Origin: an uncultured virus (IMG/VR IMGVR_UViG_3300020050_017898)
Taxonomy: Duplodnaviria; Heunggongvirae; Uroviricota; Caudoviricetes
Strand: one strand, 5' to 3'
Length of the DNA stretch: 64,000 bases
IMG/VR virus record: IMGVR_UViG_3300020050_017898
Below the pieces are notes generated by a model. The model saw only the letters and a list, made by a program, of their open reading frames with translations. It had not been told where the DNA came from and did no database searches. The position numbers and the translations under genes were made by a program. Shown one piece after another: positions 28,551 to 38,149 of this stretch; the stretch's first letter is position 1, and the number at the start of each line of letters is the position of its first letter.

Positions 28551-29513
28551 TTAATCATCCCATATTTTTGAAAAATCTGTCACACCTTTGCTATATTGAT
28601 CGATTCTTACGGCGAAGAAATCACCATGGCTTGTTCCAAAGCTTAAAGAATCAAACCATTCCATTCGAGCCAAAGCTTCTTTATCTAAATTTTTCCAATT
28701 GGTTTTCAATCCAATATCGTTTAATTTAGTATTGGCTCGAAGTCTGATAAACGTCTTGACATCGTGAGCGGTGATACCTTCAATCTCACCACTTTCGAAG
28801 GCTTTGTCAATAAAGTTGTCTTCTAGCTCGACTGTGAGGCGAGCCGCGTCGTACAATTCTTTTTTGAATTCATCGGTCATGATCTCAGGAAACTCAGAAA
28901 TCAAAGTACGGAATAGCCAGCAGCCAGCGTCACTGTGAAGACTCTCGTCTTTAATACTAAAAGCAATAATTTGTCCAACGCCTTTAAGTTTGTTGAAACG
29001 AGAAAAATTTAATAGAATAGCAAAAGAAGAAAAAAGATTAACGCCTTCATTGAAAGCTGAAAAGATAGCTAAACTTCGTGCAATTTCTTCTTTAGTTTTA
29101 CCTTTGGTACTCATAAGTCTATCGATCTTTGCTTTAGCGGTAGGTTCGCTGAGGAAAGCATCAAAGTCTTCTAGACCAAGTGATTGGTTTAGTAATGCGT
29201 ATGATACCGCATGTACTGACTCCATTGATCCAAATGCTGCTGCCATCATTTGAATTTCAGGCTTTTTAAACCATTTAGCCACCATACTATTCCAGTATTC
29301 TTGAATAAATACTTCTGAGGAAACGAATCCTTTTAAGATATGACCAATAACATTTTTTTCATTATCATTTAATACAGTTTTCCAATCATTAATATCACTT
29401 GACATGGATATTTCTGATGGTAACCAATGACTTTGCTGCTGTAATTCCCAATATTTATAAGCTTGTTCGTATTCAAATGGTGCGTACGTTGGACGCGGAG
29501 TAAGAAGACTCAT
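28551..29513 (-). CDS. nrdB: Ribonucleotide reductase small subunit
   Basis: HWLPSEI, ESVHAVSY, EGVNLFSSF, DESLH, DFF. Confidence 0.96.
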   Translation of the reverse strand: MSLLTPRPTYAPFEYEQAYKYWELQQQSHWLPSEISMSSDINDWKTVLNDNEKNVIGHILKGFVSSEVFIQEYWNSMVAKWFKKPEIQMMAAAFGSMESVHAVSYALLNQSLGLEDFDAFLSEPTAKAKIDRLMSTKGKTKEEIARSLAIFSAFNEGVNLFSSFAILLNFSRFNKLKGVGQIIAFSIKDESLHSDAGCWLFRTLISEFPEIMTDEFKKELYDAARLTVELEDNFIDKAFESGEIEGITAHDVKTFIRLRANTKLNDIGLKTNWKNLDKEALARMEWFDSLSFGTSHGDFFAVRIDQYSKGVTDFSKIWDD

Positions 29514-29631
29514 GTATAACCTTTTTAGTTGTGTTCCAATAGTTTTGTAAAGAGTATGCCAGGATATTATCCAGATTTTAGTAATCTAAAATTACATACT
29601 TTTTACAATAAATAAGTAATAATACAATATA

Positions 29632-30267
29632 TTAGTTTAGTATTTTTTTAATTTTCTCTAAAGAATTTTTAAGAGAAAGTTCTACGACTTTTTTTGAAAG
29701 ATGTCTTTCGGTACAAATTTGTTTGATGGTTTTAGGATCTTCACTATTAAAACCAAAATGATCAAACATAATTTCTTTTTGATCTGTTGTTAGGTTACAA
29801 CAACCTTCTAGAACTCGATTCATTAGATCGCGATTTTCTAAGTCAGGCTCTGTTACCACAGAATCAAATTGAGTTTTAAGAATTTTATTGGTTAACTGTT
29901 CTTTAATAGGAACTAGATCTCTAGCGATTCTCAATGGAAATCTAATAGTGGAATGTTGATTAGCAGATCTACTAATTTTAGTATCAATATATTTATGCAA
30001 CCACCAAAAAATAGAACCTTTATTAATTTTATAGGTTTTTAACCCTTTAATTAAGGCTTCTAGTCCATCTTGGTTGAGATCATCATAGTTAGAAAATTTC
30101 TTGTATCTGGAGCTTTTCATTTTAACCAGATATTCTAGTTTAGAAACTGCTTCTGTTTCTATCTTGTTTAGAAATGATTTATTAGATGCTGAAGGATTTT
30201 CTTTGTAAGAAACTTCTGCGGACTTTAATTTAATGAATAGTTCTAGCGCTTCTTTTTCAGTAATCAT
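29632..30267 (-). CDS. Phage sigma70-family RNA polymerase sigma factor
   Basis: Region 2 DDLNQDGLEALIK...WW, TIRFP; region 4 HTH KTIKQI...LSKKVV. Confidence 0.85.
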   Translation of the reverse strand: MITEKEALELFIKLKSAEVSYKENPSASNKSFLNKIETEAVSKLEYLVKMKSSRYKKFSNYDDLNQDGLEALIKGLKTYKINKGSIFWWLHKYIDTKISRSANQHSTIRFPLRIARDLVPIKEQLTNKILKTQFDSVVTEPDLENRDLMNRVLEGCCNLTTDQKEIMFDHFGFNSEDPKTIKQICTERHLSKKVVELSLKNSLEKIKKILN

Positions 30268-30285
30268 AATGTTCTCCTACAGAAG

Positions 30286-30314
30286 AACATAAGAAGGATC
30301 CTGATAAAAGTCAA
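30286..30314 (-). promoter_or_regulatory. sigma70 promoter of sigma factor gene
   Basis: TTGACT, 17 nt, TATGTT, then GGAG SD. Confidence 0.6.
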
Positions 30315-30344
30315 GACCCTTCTTTGAAAGAAGAATAATATTAA

Positions 30345-31712
30345 TTATTTACGACGATCAATCACATTGCTGCTCATAAGTTTTCCAAATGAACTGGATT
30401 TATTAGCAATTTCTTGTTTAAGTTTCTGAGTAGCAGAAATAGTTTCATTGCTACCGGTATCCAGAGTAAGATTAACAGTACGAGCCTGTTCTTTGGCTTT
30501 AGTAGTTTCTTGCAAAGCTTTTACTTCTGTTTTAAGAGCGCTAATTCGACTCTCAGGAAGAGAGAGACCTGAAATAAAAGTATGAATTTCTACATGATCT
30601 TCTGACATAGAAGAATCTTCATAAATACCTTTAAAAAGGATTGGCTCTCCACACTTATCGGAAAGCAAAGTGCTCATATAATTAACTGAAACTGAAGGAA
30701 TCTGTTTCCAGACAGATGGATGAGCAATTACCATGGCACCAACATATTTAGATTCTTTGACATCAAAGCCTGAGGCTAAGAGGTTTCCATCTAAATTAGC
30801 TAGGACGGCTTCAGCTAAAGCAGTCTTATCAGTAAAGTTAGTTACTTTCATAGAACCATAAATAGAAAGACCATCGCCATCTACAAAAAGTTTTGCCCAC
30901 TCAGCTGAGTCCAAGCCTTTAACTGGTGAATCTTTCATAGAAAAGGTATTGAAGACATCAATTGGTTCACAGATAGCTTTGTTAGCTACACCAAAAAATT
31001 CCATTTGAGAAACTTCCGAATAAACAGTTTCAATCTTAGCATTATCTACTACAATAAGATTAGAAATCCGTTTGGTTTGAACCATTTTTGAAAGCTTAGA
31101 CAAAGTCTCTAAGCTGTTTTGTTTGGCTTGCGCATCATCATTTTGCATGGTAAGAGCAGCAATAACGATAATAGGTTTACCTGTTTGTGATAAAGTGCTA
31201 ATCAATGGTTCAACTGAGCCGGCGCCAGAACCACCCCCGAGTGAAGTAGTAACAATCAAAACTTGAGTATGTCCTAGTTCACGATTAACTAGAGCTAGTA
31301 TTTCATCTGAATGATTCGCAGCTACTGCTTCACCTGTAGCTAAATCTTTAGCTGAACCCCCCAATGTTCCATCTAAAAATAGTTTATGGGTTTCTGGAAG
31401 ATTAATGCTACGTAAATCTTGCATAGCGGTATTAATACAAACTGCATCATATCCTAGTTCACTAAATGTCTGGGACAATTTAGACCCTGCGCCACCAGTA
31501 CCAACTATACCAATTTTAAGCGATCTTTCTTTTTTTGCTACTAAGGTTGCCATTTTTTCTTCTTTGTTTTTAGCATTCATTTTAGCTTTAAGCTGAGCCA
31601 AAACATCTGCATCTATTTCATCTTTATTATCTTGTGATTCCATTATTTCCTCTTCAGAGAGATTATTTTCTATGTTATATGAAATTGCTTGAGTAATTGT
31701 TTTAATTGTCAT
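30345..31712 (-). CDS. Tubulin/FtsZ-family GTPase (PhuZ/TubZ-like)
   Basis: GIVGTGGAG, INT, SLGGGSGAG, VVDN, T7-like GLDSAE; C-terminal coiled tail; start may be downstream. Confidence 0.9.
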   Translation of the reverse strand: MTIKTITQAISYNIENNLSEEEIMESQDNKDEIDADVLAQLKAKMNAKNKEEKMATLVAKKERSLKIGIVGTGGAGSKLSQTFSELGYDAVCINTAMQDLRSINLPETHKLFLDGTLGGSAKDLATGEAVAANHSDEILALVNRELGHTQVLIVTTSLGGGSGAGSVEPLISTLSQTGKPIIVIAALTMQNDDAQAKQNSLETLSKLSKMVQTKRISNLIVVDNAKIETVYSEVSQMEFFGVANKAICEPIDVFNTFSMKDSPVKGLDSAEWAKLFVDGDGLSIYGSMKVTNFTDKTALAEAVLANLDGNLLASGFDVKESKYVGAMVIAHPSVWKQIPSVSVNYMSTLLSDKCGEPILFKGIYEDSSMSEDHVEIHTFISGLSLPESRISALKTEVKALQETTKAKEQARTVNLTLDTGSNETISATQKLKQEIANKSSSFGKLMSSNVIDRRK

Positions 31713-32485
31713 TGGGTCTTATTGAAGACCCATTTATTATTGTCACACCATTCAATGGTTTGGTCTAGCCCATCAAGGAGGCTAAACTCTTGCTGACATG
31801 ATTGTAATTTAAGGTCTCGGGGGACGAGTGTCAAACTGTCGTTGTAAGTGACTTCAGAGCTTTTTTCAGTGATACTATTTATTTTATTTTGTATTTCAAG
31901 GTAGCTAAAACATTGTTTACCATAAGCATTTAATATTGGCTTAGGATCATCAATCATAGATCTAACATTTTTGTGAGCATCAAACACATGCATCCAATAT
32001 TCTTCTTGTAAAGCAGCTACATTTAATGTAACTTTTTGATCTAATAAACTTCCAGCAATCAAGCTAGTGACAGGAGATGGAAGAAATTGTCTGGGACCAT
32101 ATAGTTTAGGTAATCGTAGAATAGATTTATTTTTAATATCCATTGATTCCTTGGCTATTTTATTGTCGTCATAGTAATTAGAAATTAATAAATAAGTGCC
32201 CACATTTTTCATTGATTTTTCAAGTTCAACAGATGGTTGAGAGCTAGTGAGGTCTACAAATATATCAGGAGGATCTAGTTTAATAATATTATTTAAAGTA
32301 TGCGAATCATTAATATTGGCAAAATTAAATTTACAACTCATGTTATAATAAACATTCTTCAAATATTCTTCAGAAGAAATATAATCAAAAGCAGATATTT
32401 TATAATCTAGTTTTTCATACAAGATATGGCGAATAAGATTAGCCCCTAATGCCGAACAAGAAGAAGAAATTAAAATTTTTTTCAT
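31709..32485 (-). CDS. Extended-SDR (NDP-sugar epimerase/dehydratase)-like protein, degenerate
   Basis: LRLPKLYGPRQ, WMHVFD, GLDQTIEW retained; GxxGxxG and YxxxK lost. Confidence 0.75.
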   Translation of the reverse strand: MKKILISSSCSALGANLIRHILYEKLDYKISAFDYISSEEYLKNVYYNMSCKFNFANINDSHTLNNIIKLDPPDIFVDLTSSQPSVELEKSMKNVGTYLLISNYYDDNKIAKESMDIKNKSILRLPKLYGPRQFLPSPVTSLIAGSLLDQKVTLNVAALQEEYWMHVFDAHKNVRSMIDDPKPILNAYGKQCFSYLEIQNKINSITEKSSEVTYNDSLTLVPRDLKLQSCQQEFSLLDGLDQTIEWCDNNKWVFNKTQ

Positions 32486-32802
32486 AAAAGAACTTTCAGA
32501 TTTTGGATAAAATACATAAAACTTTTTTCATCATATAACTTAACAATTTGTAAAATATCTATTGATGAAAATTCTTGACGATTAATCCAGGTTAGCATAC
32601 CATCATTATTAAATACAATTACATCTTTACCAATAATTATTGAATAAGTAAGAAGATAAAAAGTATGTTTGAAACAAGTTTTTTCTATGTGTTGATTACC
32701 GTGTTTTGATAAATTTTTTATATAAAGAGGTCTACCACAAATCAAACAAGTTGATTGTTCTTTAAAGTTTTCAAAGAATTCTTTATATGTTTTACTTTTC
32801 AT
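32482..32802 (-). CDS. Small CxxC protein
   Basis: CLICGRPL...TCFKH. Confidence 0.65.
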   Translation of the reverse strand: MKSKTYKEFFENFKEQSTCLICGRPLYIKNLSKHGNQHIEKTCFKHTFYLLTYSIIIGKDVIVFNNDGMLTWINRQEFSSIDILQIVKLYDEKSFMYFIQNLKVLL

Positions 32803-33146
32803 AACATCTTAGCATTTTGTATTAGTTCTAATATATAACCATCACACTGATATAATTCAAGGTCTTCTTGATAAAGAATAATTGATTGAGTCGATCCATC
32901 CTTATAATATAAGGATCCTCTGTATTTATTATATGAGTAACTTGCTTCTCTAAGAGAAGCTTCAGGAAAATATAAATTTAGTGTTTTAGAGTCTTTAAAA
33001 TACCATAAAATATGTCCATTATTACAAGTATCTTTATATGCATGCCTAGAGGTAGTGGACTTGAGCTTACTCAAACAAACCGGGCATTGCTTTGGATATT
33101 GATGATTAATATAATTATTTCTGAGCTCTGATATTTTTGCCATCAA
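32799..33146 (-). CDS. Small CxxC protein, likely paralogue of neighbour
   Basis: CPVCLSKL...TCNNGH. Confidence 0.65.
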   Translation of the reverse strand: MMAKISELRNNYINHQYPKQCPVCLSKLKSTTSRHAYKDTCNNGHILWYFKDSKTLNLYFPEASLREASYSYNKYRGSLYYKDGSTQSIILYQEDLELYQCDGYILELIQNAKML

Positions 33147-33297
33147 TAATAAATTCCAACTCTTGTTTATGCCATTCGCGAAGAATTTTTTTCTTCCATT
33201 CTGGTGAGGTAACCTTAAATGTTAAAAATACTTCACCTGTTTTAGAGTCTTCTTCTACCCTCACTGCTTGAGCAATTACTTCTTCATCTGATTTCAT
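33115..33297 (-). CDS. Small hypothetical protein
   Basis: 60 aa, ATGA-coupled to helicase. Confidence 0.6.
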   Translation of the reverse strand: MKSDEEVIAQAVRVEEDSKTGEVFLTFKVTSPEWKKKILREWHKQELEFIIDGKNIRAQK

Positions 33298-34691
33298 AAA
33301 AATAAACCCTCTGATTGCTCAGAAATATCATCATAATCTCCAAACTCAATTTCATTGGTTTCGTTGTTAACTGGCATATCTACCAACTGACTGCAATTAA
33401 GTTTTTTAATCATGGTAATCATTCCTTTACCACCATTACGATTTTTTACAATATGTAATCTCATATCAGGGCAACGGTCTTCGTTCATTCTGGTTTCGAT
33501 CTGAAGAAAGGTAGTACAATGGGTTAGAATACCCATACTTCTAGAGACCCTTTGAACACCAATATTTTCCTCAGCATTTTTGGTATCTTTCTTTCGGTTC
33601 AGCTGAACGCCAGAAATACCAGGAATATTTCTTTTACGTAATACTGTACGTAATTGTCTTGTAATTTCTCCCTGCTTTAGCCAGTCAGCCTCATTGGAAC
33701 TTTTATCATTTAAATCCATGATACCAATATAGTCAACACAAACAAAATCTGGGGTGAATTTGGTTTCTTCAATAGTATCTAGGATAGCTTCTACTTCTGC
33801 TGCAGAAAGATTTGGAATATCTACAATTTCTAATTGACAAGGATAATGATTAATAAACTCAAGAGCTTGTTTGATTTGAGTCATTTCATCTTTTGAAAGA
33901 GTAGCTTGTTCAATCCGGCGATAATCTATTCCAGAAATGCAAGCCAGCATTTTAGTGAAGTAATTATCATAGGGCATTTCAATAGAAAAAATAACACAAC
34001 TATAACCTTTTTTGAAACTTTCAACTGGAGTATTTATAGTATTTTCTTGCATCCACATTTGTTTAACAAAGTTTGTCATTACTGTAGACTTACCTGCGCC
34101 AGTTTCTCCACCAATGATTAAAAGATCGCCACCTTTTAAAGTTACATTCTTATCAAAATGCTTATAGTGGGTAGGAATGCCAGGAACAATATCTTTGTTC
34201 TTTTTTTGCTCATTGAATTTATTGGTGAAGATTGAAAGATTTTCTTTCATGGTACGGCTCTCTGCGCCAATAGAGGAATCCATTCCTTGCATGGAAGTAA
34301 AGACATCTCTGACTTTTACTTCTAATTCACGAGTTGAACGTGATTTATTGGATTCAAATTCTTCAACAAATGTAGCAATTTTTTTACGCTTGTATCTGTC
34401 TTTTAACTGATCTAGATAAAAGACGAAATCTTTTTCTTCTACATTAACTTCTATGACTTCATTATAGGTAGAAGTAATATACTTCTGTAAGAAGTCACTT
34501 TTAGTAGTTTTTTCTAAAACCTCCAGAGAGGGTACCTGTTGATAAGTAATAATTGTATCTCTTAAATGAGAAGCAAATTTGATATACTTGGAATCAAGTA
34601 TTTCTGGTTTGTTAAAGTCTGCAAACATCAGGGCGCATTTGCGGAACTGTATAATACATTTGAGTAACTGAAGATCGTAATTGTCTGTCAT
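33294..34691 (-). CDS. dnaB: DnaB-like replicative helicase
   Basis: GIPTHY...D, GGETGAGKS, FSIEM, VDYI, QLNR, IVKNRNG. Confidence 0.93.
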   Translation of the reverse strand: MTDNYDLQLLKCIIQFRKCALMFADFNKPEILDSKYIKFASHLRDTIITYQQVPSLEVLEKTTKSDFLQKYITSTYNEVIEVNVEEKDFVFYLDQLKDRYKRKKIATFVEEFESNKSRSTRELEVKVRDVFTSMQGMDSSIGAESRTMKENLSIFTNKFNEQKKNKDIVPGIPTHYKHFDKNVTLKGGDLLIIGGETGAGKSTVMTNFVKQMWMQENTINTPVESFKKGYSCVIFSIEMPYDNYFTKMLACISGIDYRRIEQATLSKDEMTQIKQALEFINHYPCQLEIVDIPNLSAAEVEAILDTIEETKFTPDFVCVDYIGIMDLNDKSSNEADWLKQGEITRQLRTVLRKRNIPGISGVQLNRKKDTKNAEENIGVQRVSRSMGILTHCTTFLQIETRMNEDRCPDMRLHIVKNRNGGKGMITMIKKLNCSQLVDMPVNNETNEIEFGDYDDISEQSEGLFL

Positions 34692-35380
34692 TTTTTGCCT
34701 CGGAAGTCTTCACCGAAGACTGGTACCTCCACTATATAGCCGTTCTTGAGGCTTGACAAGCTGTTTTTGAGATTGCCAGTAAACGCCTCTACAATATTGG
34801 GAGAATTAGTTGCAAATAAAGTTGGCATATTATTCTGCGCTCTGGTACGAATAATCGTTTCTAAAGTTCTAGCATACAAATCGCTAGCCGCCTCATTTGC
34901 CATAAATCTATTATCCCATTCATCTATAAAAAGAAAATCAACAGATGTCAATTCTTTCTTGGCATAATATCTATCTTCATGTGGTCCTCCTGTAATAACA
35001 GACACAATATCAGATAAATTAGTATACAAACAAGAATACCCTTTTCTAATACACTTCTTTAAGATGTTACATCCAGACATGGTCTTGCCAAGACCATAAT
35101 TGCCAGCAAAGCAATGACCTTTGCCTTCTTGATAGGATGTTTTTATATCAGATGTATAATCAGTATAAAACTGAAGTAGGTTGGGATCACCTGAGAAATG
35201 TTTTTCCATTTCTAGATTCCAATATTCCAAAGGAATATTGGACTCATAGTAACGATTAATTAAATTCAACTTGATTGTTTTAACTTCTAAAGAATCATCA
35301 TTATTTTCAATGGCAACTCTTTTTTCTTCTATTTTTCTTTCAGAAATATTATTTAGGCTTTTTGTTCTGTGAATTGACAT
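34688..35380 (-). CDS. DnaC/IstB-like helicase loader ATPase
   Basis: GNYGLGKT, FLFIDE, R...PTLFATN, GEDFR. Confidence 0.88.
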   Translation of the reverse strand: MSIHRTKSLNNISERKIEEKRVAIENNDDSLEVKTIKLNLINRYYESNIPLEYWNLEMEKHFSGDPNLLQFYTDYTSDIKTSYQEGKGHCFAGNYGLGKTMSGCNILKKCIRKGYSCLYTNLSDIVSVITGGPHEDRYYAKKELTSVDFLFIDEWDNRFMANEAASDLYARTLETIIRTRAQNNMPTLFATNSPNIVEAFTGNLKNSLSSLKNGYIVEVPVFGEDFRGKK

Positions 35381-35765
35381 TGTATTTATAGATCTTGCTG
35401 TTAAGGATTTTTTTTATCGCAGATGATTCTTGGCTGGGAACAAGTTGATACATACTGTTATCAACTTTAGGTAATATAGGAATTCCTAATTCTTTGGTGT
35501 TATTAGAAAATAAATTAACCTCATTAGCTACTAATGAATTGTATACTGGTTTTTCTTCATAACTAAATTCGGTCTCTGATTCAATTCTTCTTCCTAAATC
35601 TGTCTCATGTGTTAATCCATATGAAACTGTTTTTATTCGATTAATTGGAATAACAAACATAATATTTTTAATTTGTACATGCATGAAAATTTCATCTATT
35701 TCACAAACTATTCCAACATAATTTTCATTGCTATCAGTTATGATACTGCAAGTTTTATTAATCAT
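35349..35765 (-). CDS. Hypothetical protein
   Basis: 138-aa ORF, TAATG-coupled. Confidence 0.7.
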   Translation of the reverse strand: MINKTCSIITDSNENYVGIVCEIDEIFMHVQIKNIMFVIPINRIKTVSYGLTHETDLGRRIESETEFSYEEKPVYNSLVANEVNLFSNNTKELGIPILPKVDNSMYQLVPSQESSAIKKILNSKIYKYNVNSQNKKPK

Positions 35766-36334
35766 TAAACTACCTTTTTTAATTTTTCTAATTGAAATAC
35801 TTTTTCAAGTTCTTCAAAAACAGCCAAATCTTTTTTGCTAGCATACAAAAAAGCTAAATCGCCATATGTCTTGATCGCAGGATTATAATTTGAAACAATT
35901 GAATATAAATTCAATGGTAACGTATCTGCTCTTTTTATTGTTTCATTTAGAATATTAGAAAGGAATCTATATTTGAATTCTGCTAGAATTCCTTCATTTA
36001 GGATAGCTGAGACCGAAGTGATTTTTTTACTACCAATCTTTGTATCAAAATACCAATCAATATATTTTTTTAATATTGATCCATCTTGTGATAAATGGAT
36101 TCCTAATTTATTAATCTGAAATACCTCAAAACACTTTGAGGGACTAGTAGTATTGTACTTGAATACATAATTTTTTGTATAATGATCTTGATATTTAGAA
36201 GCGAAATACCCCAAAACATGATTTTTGTTCCATTCATGTTCTGGGATATTTTCCCATTCTTTTATTTTATTGAAGAAATTTACATAATTACTATTAGGAG
36301 CACTATCAATGTAATGCTGGGCGTTGAAAGTCAT
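35765..36334 (-). CDS. Hypothetical protein heading the replication operon
   Basis: 189-aa ORF with its own promoter. Confidence 0.75.
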   Translation of the reverse strand: MTFNAQHYIDSAPNSNYVNFFNKIKEWENIPEHEWNKNHVLGYFASKYQDHYTKNYVFKYNTTSPSKCFEVFQINKLGIHLSQDGSILKKYIDWYFDTKIGSKKITSVSAILNEGILAEFKYRFLSNILNETIKRADTLPLNLYSIVSNYNPAIKTYGDLAFLYASKKDLAVFEELEKVFQLEKLKKVV

Positions 36335-36340
36335 GGCACT

Positions 36341-36369
36341 ATTTTAGCCACTGACCCCCAAGCTGTCGA
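36341..36369 (-). promoter_or_regulatory. sigma70-like promoter, leaderless
   Basis: TCGACA, 17 nt, TAAAAT, 6 nt, ATG 36334. Confidence 0.6.
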
Positions 36370-36388
36370 GTTAGTTCTGTTAAGCTAA

Positions 36389-36574
36389 TTAACGGTAGTT
36401 ATCACGTGCCCAGCAATTGCCCGCTAACACAAAAGAACTTGTAGCAATCAAACGATCAACTTTAGTTGTAACACCTGCTTTTTCACAGGTAGGACAGTTT
36501 TCTAACTTATCCTTGATACTATGAGTTTCCTCAAACTCTCCATGTACTTCACATTTATACACATACGCGGGCAT
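36389..36574 (-). CDS. FmdB-family zinc-ribbon protein
   Basis: MPAYVYKCEVHGEFE...CPTC...FVLAGNCWARDNY. Confidence 0.85.
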   Translation of the reverse strand: MPAYVYKCEVHGEFEETHSIKDKLENCPTCEKAGVTTKVDRLIATSSFVLAGNCWARDNYR

Positions 36575-36879
36575 TATCTTCGGCGCCTTTCTGAATAAGC
36601 TGGTTTTTTACTATAATCATTATAAGCATTTTCTCCAACAAGATTGGCAAATCGACTTTCATTTCCCCCAAGCTCTTTCATAAGCTTTCGTTTATCTTCT
36701 GGAAGTCTTTCTATGAATTCAGTAGGGGTTAATTCCATTTTTGACATGCCTGTTGAAATCATCCGGCGAACTTCGTCTTTGCCACATTCGGGGCAAGTTT
36801 TAGGAGGATCTTGTTTAATTGAATATTCTAACTCAAACTCATGATTACATGCATCGCATTTATGTTCGTAAACTGCCAT
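36574..36879 (-). CDS. FmdB-family zinc-ribbon protein
   Basis: MAVYEHKCDACNHEFE...CPECG...RMIS. Confidence 0.85.
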   Translation of the reverse strand: MAVYEHKCDACNHEFELEYSIKQDPPKTCPECGKDEVRRMISTGMSKMELTPTEFIERLPEDKRKLMKELGGNESRFANLVGENAYNDYSKKPAYSERRRR

Positions 36880-36911
36880 AGGGTCCTTTGGAGATAATAT
36901 CGTATAATTAT

Positions 36912-37388
36912 ATGAAAAACTGGTTATTGAAACGTTTAGCTCAAGAAATAGATCAAAACACCCAACAAGAAACTAAACCGCTATCTTTACCATCTAAAGT
37001 AGATATAACTTATCTTAGCAATAAAGTAAAAACTACTCATCCTGAACTATTGCAAAACATTTGCAATCTAATAAATGCAGTTATTCATTATACTAGTAGT
37101 GGACAAGTAGGTCTAAAAAAACTAAAAGATAGTAATTTTACTCTTGATACTACTAAGTATACTGAGGAGTATATGAAACAATTATTTACTTTGGCTGAAT
37201 TATTTCATAGTTACTTAAATGGAACTCAAACTCTTAAAGAAATGATGAAGCTTGCTGTTGGTTTAAAACGAATTAATAATTCAAATTTAAACAATTTTAT
37301 TGGAGGAGATTTTAACAGTAAGTTAAATGATGCATTTACACAACTTTATAATTTGGATCAGCGTATCGTTTCTGATCGCGATCAATAA
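36912..37388 (+). CDS. Hypothetical protein, lone plus-strand gene
   Basis: MKNWLLKRLAQE...; 3' end overlaps convergent GT2 by 53 bp. Confidence 0.7.
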   Translation: MKNWLLKRLAQEIDQNTQQETKPLSLPSKVDITYLSNKVKTTHPELLQNICNLINAVIHYTSSGQVGLKKLKDSNFTLDTTKYTEEYMKQLFTLAELFHSYLNGTQTLKEMMKLAVGLKRINNSNLNNFIGGDFNSKLNDAFTQLYNLDQRIVSDRDQ

Positions 37389-38139
37389 CTGATTGAAATT
37401 GTTCCATTAAATATTTAAAGTTTTGATTTAAAAACATTTTGTTACTGGGATTTTTCTTTAGTGAAGCACTGCTCTCGTGTTCGATATTAGTATTACCACA
37501 ATACATGATTTTTTTATTTTGTTTATACTTAATTGATAAGCAGGCTGCTACATCATCGAATGCCCAATGAAACTTAGGATCTAAACCTCCGGCTGTCGAG
37601 ATAGCTTTGTAATACTTAGCCTTGGTGAGCCAGACGGCACCAGTAACCACCTGAAATTCTCTGTTTTTTTTGTGCTGCTTGTTTTCTATTACTTGATCAT
37701 CTAAATGTAGTGGATGAAATTGTTCATTAAAAACAACACCACAATGCTGAATTTTTTTAGAGTTCTTATAATTTAGTTTGGCTCCTACTACACCAATTTC
37801 ACTATTACTATCCATCAATTTAATCATATTTTTAATAGAAGCTGCGTCTTTAAAAACTACATCATTATTTAATAATAAAATATAGTCATCATCTTGAGCA
37901 TTACTAATATTGAATAAAGAATTCATTCCTTGAGAAAAATTGTCTCGATTATGATCGACTAATAAAACTTTAATTTGTGGATATTTAGCTAGTATTTGAC
38001 TATCCTCACTATTTGGTGAGGCAGCATTATCTCTAACATACCATTCATATTCAATTCCATCTAGGGCTGGGAGTGTAGAAGCAATTAGATTTTGTAGAAG
38101 CTCTGGGGCTTTCCAGTTTAACGTAAAAATTTTTAGCAC
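37336..38139 (-). CDS. Glycosyltransferase family 2
   Basis: VRDNA, NFSQGMN, LLLNND, IQHCG, VTGA, DDV. Confidence 0.9.
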   Translation of the reverse strand: MLKIFTLNWKAPELLQNLIASTLPALDGIEYEWYVRDNAASPNSEDSQILAKYPQIKVLLVDHNRDNFSQGMNSLFNISNAQDDDYILLLNNDVVFKDAASIKNMIKLMDSNSEIGVVGAKLNYKNSKKIQHCGVVFNEQFHPLHLDDQVIENKQHKKNREFQVVTGAVWLTKAKYYKAISTAGGLDPKFHWAFDDVAACLSIKYKQNKKIMYCGNTNIEHESSASLKKNPSNKMFLNQNFKYLMEQFQSVIDRDQKRYADPNYKVV

Positions 38140-38149
38140 CTGTTTATCC

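Noticed and set aside
29514..29631. Intergenic gap as possible tRNA/ncRNA or origin
   Set aside because: AT-rich, with no cloverleaf, stable stem or iterons visible; likely just the nrdB promoter region
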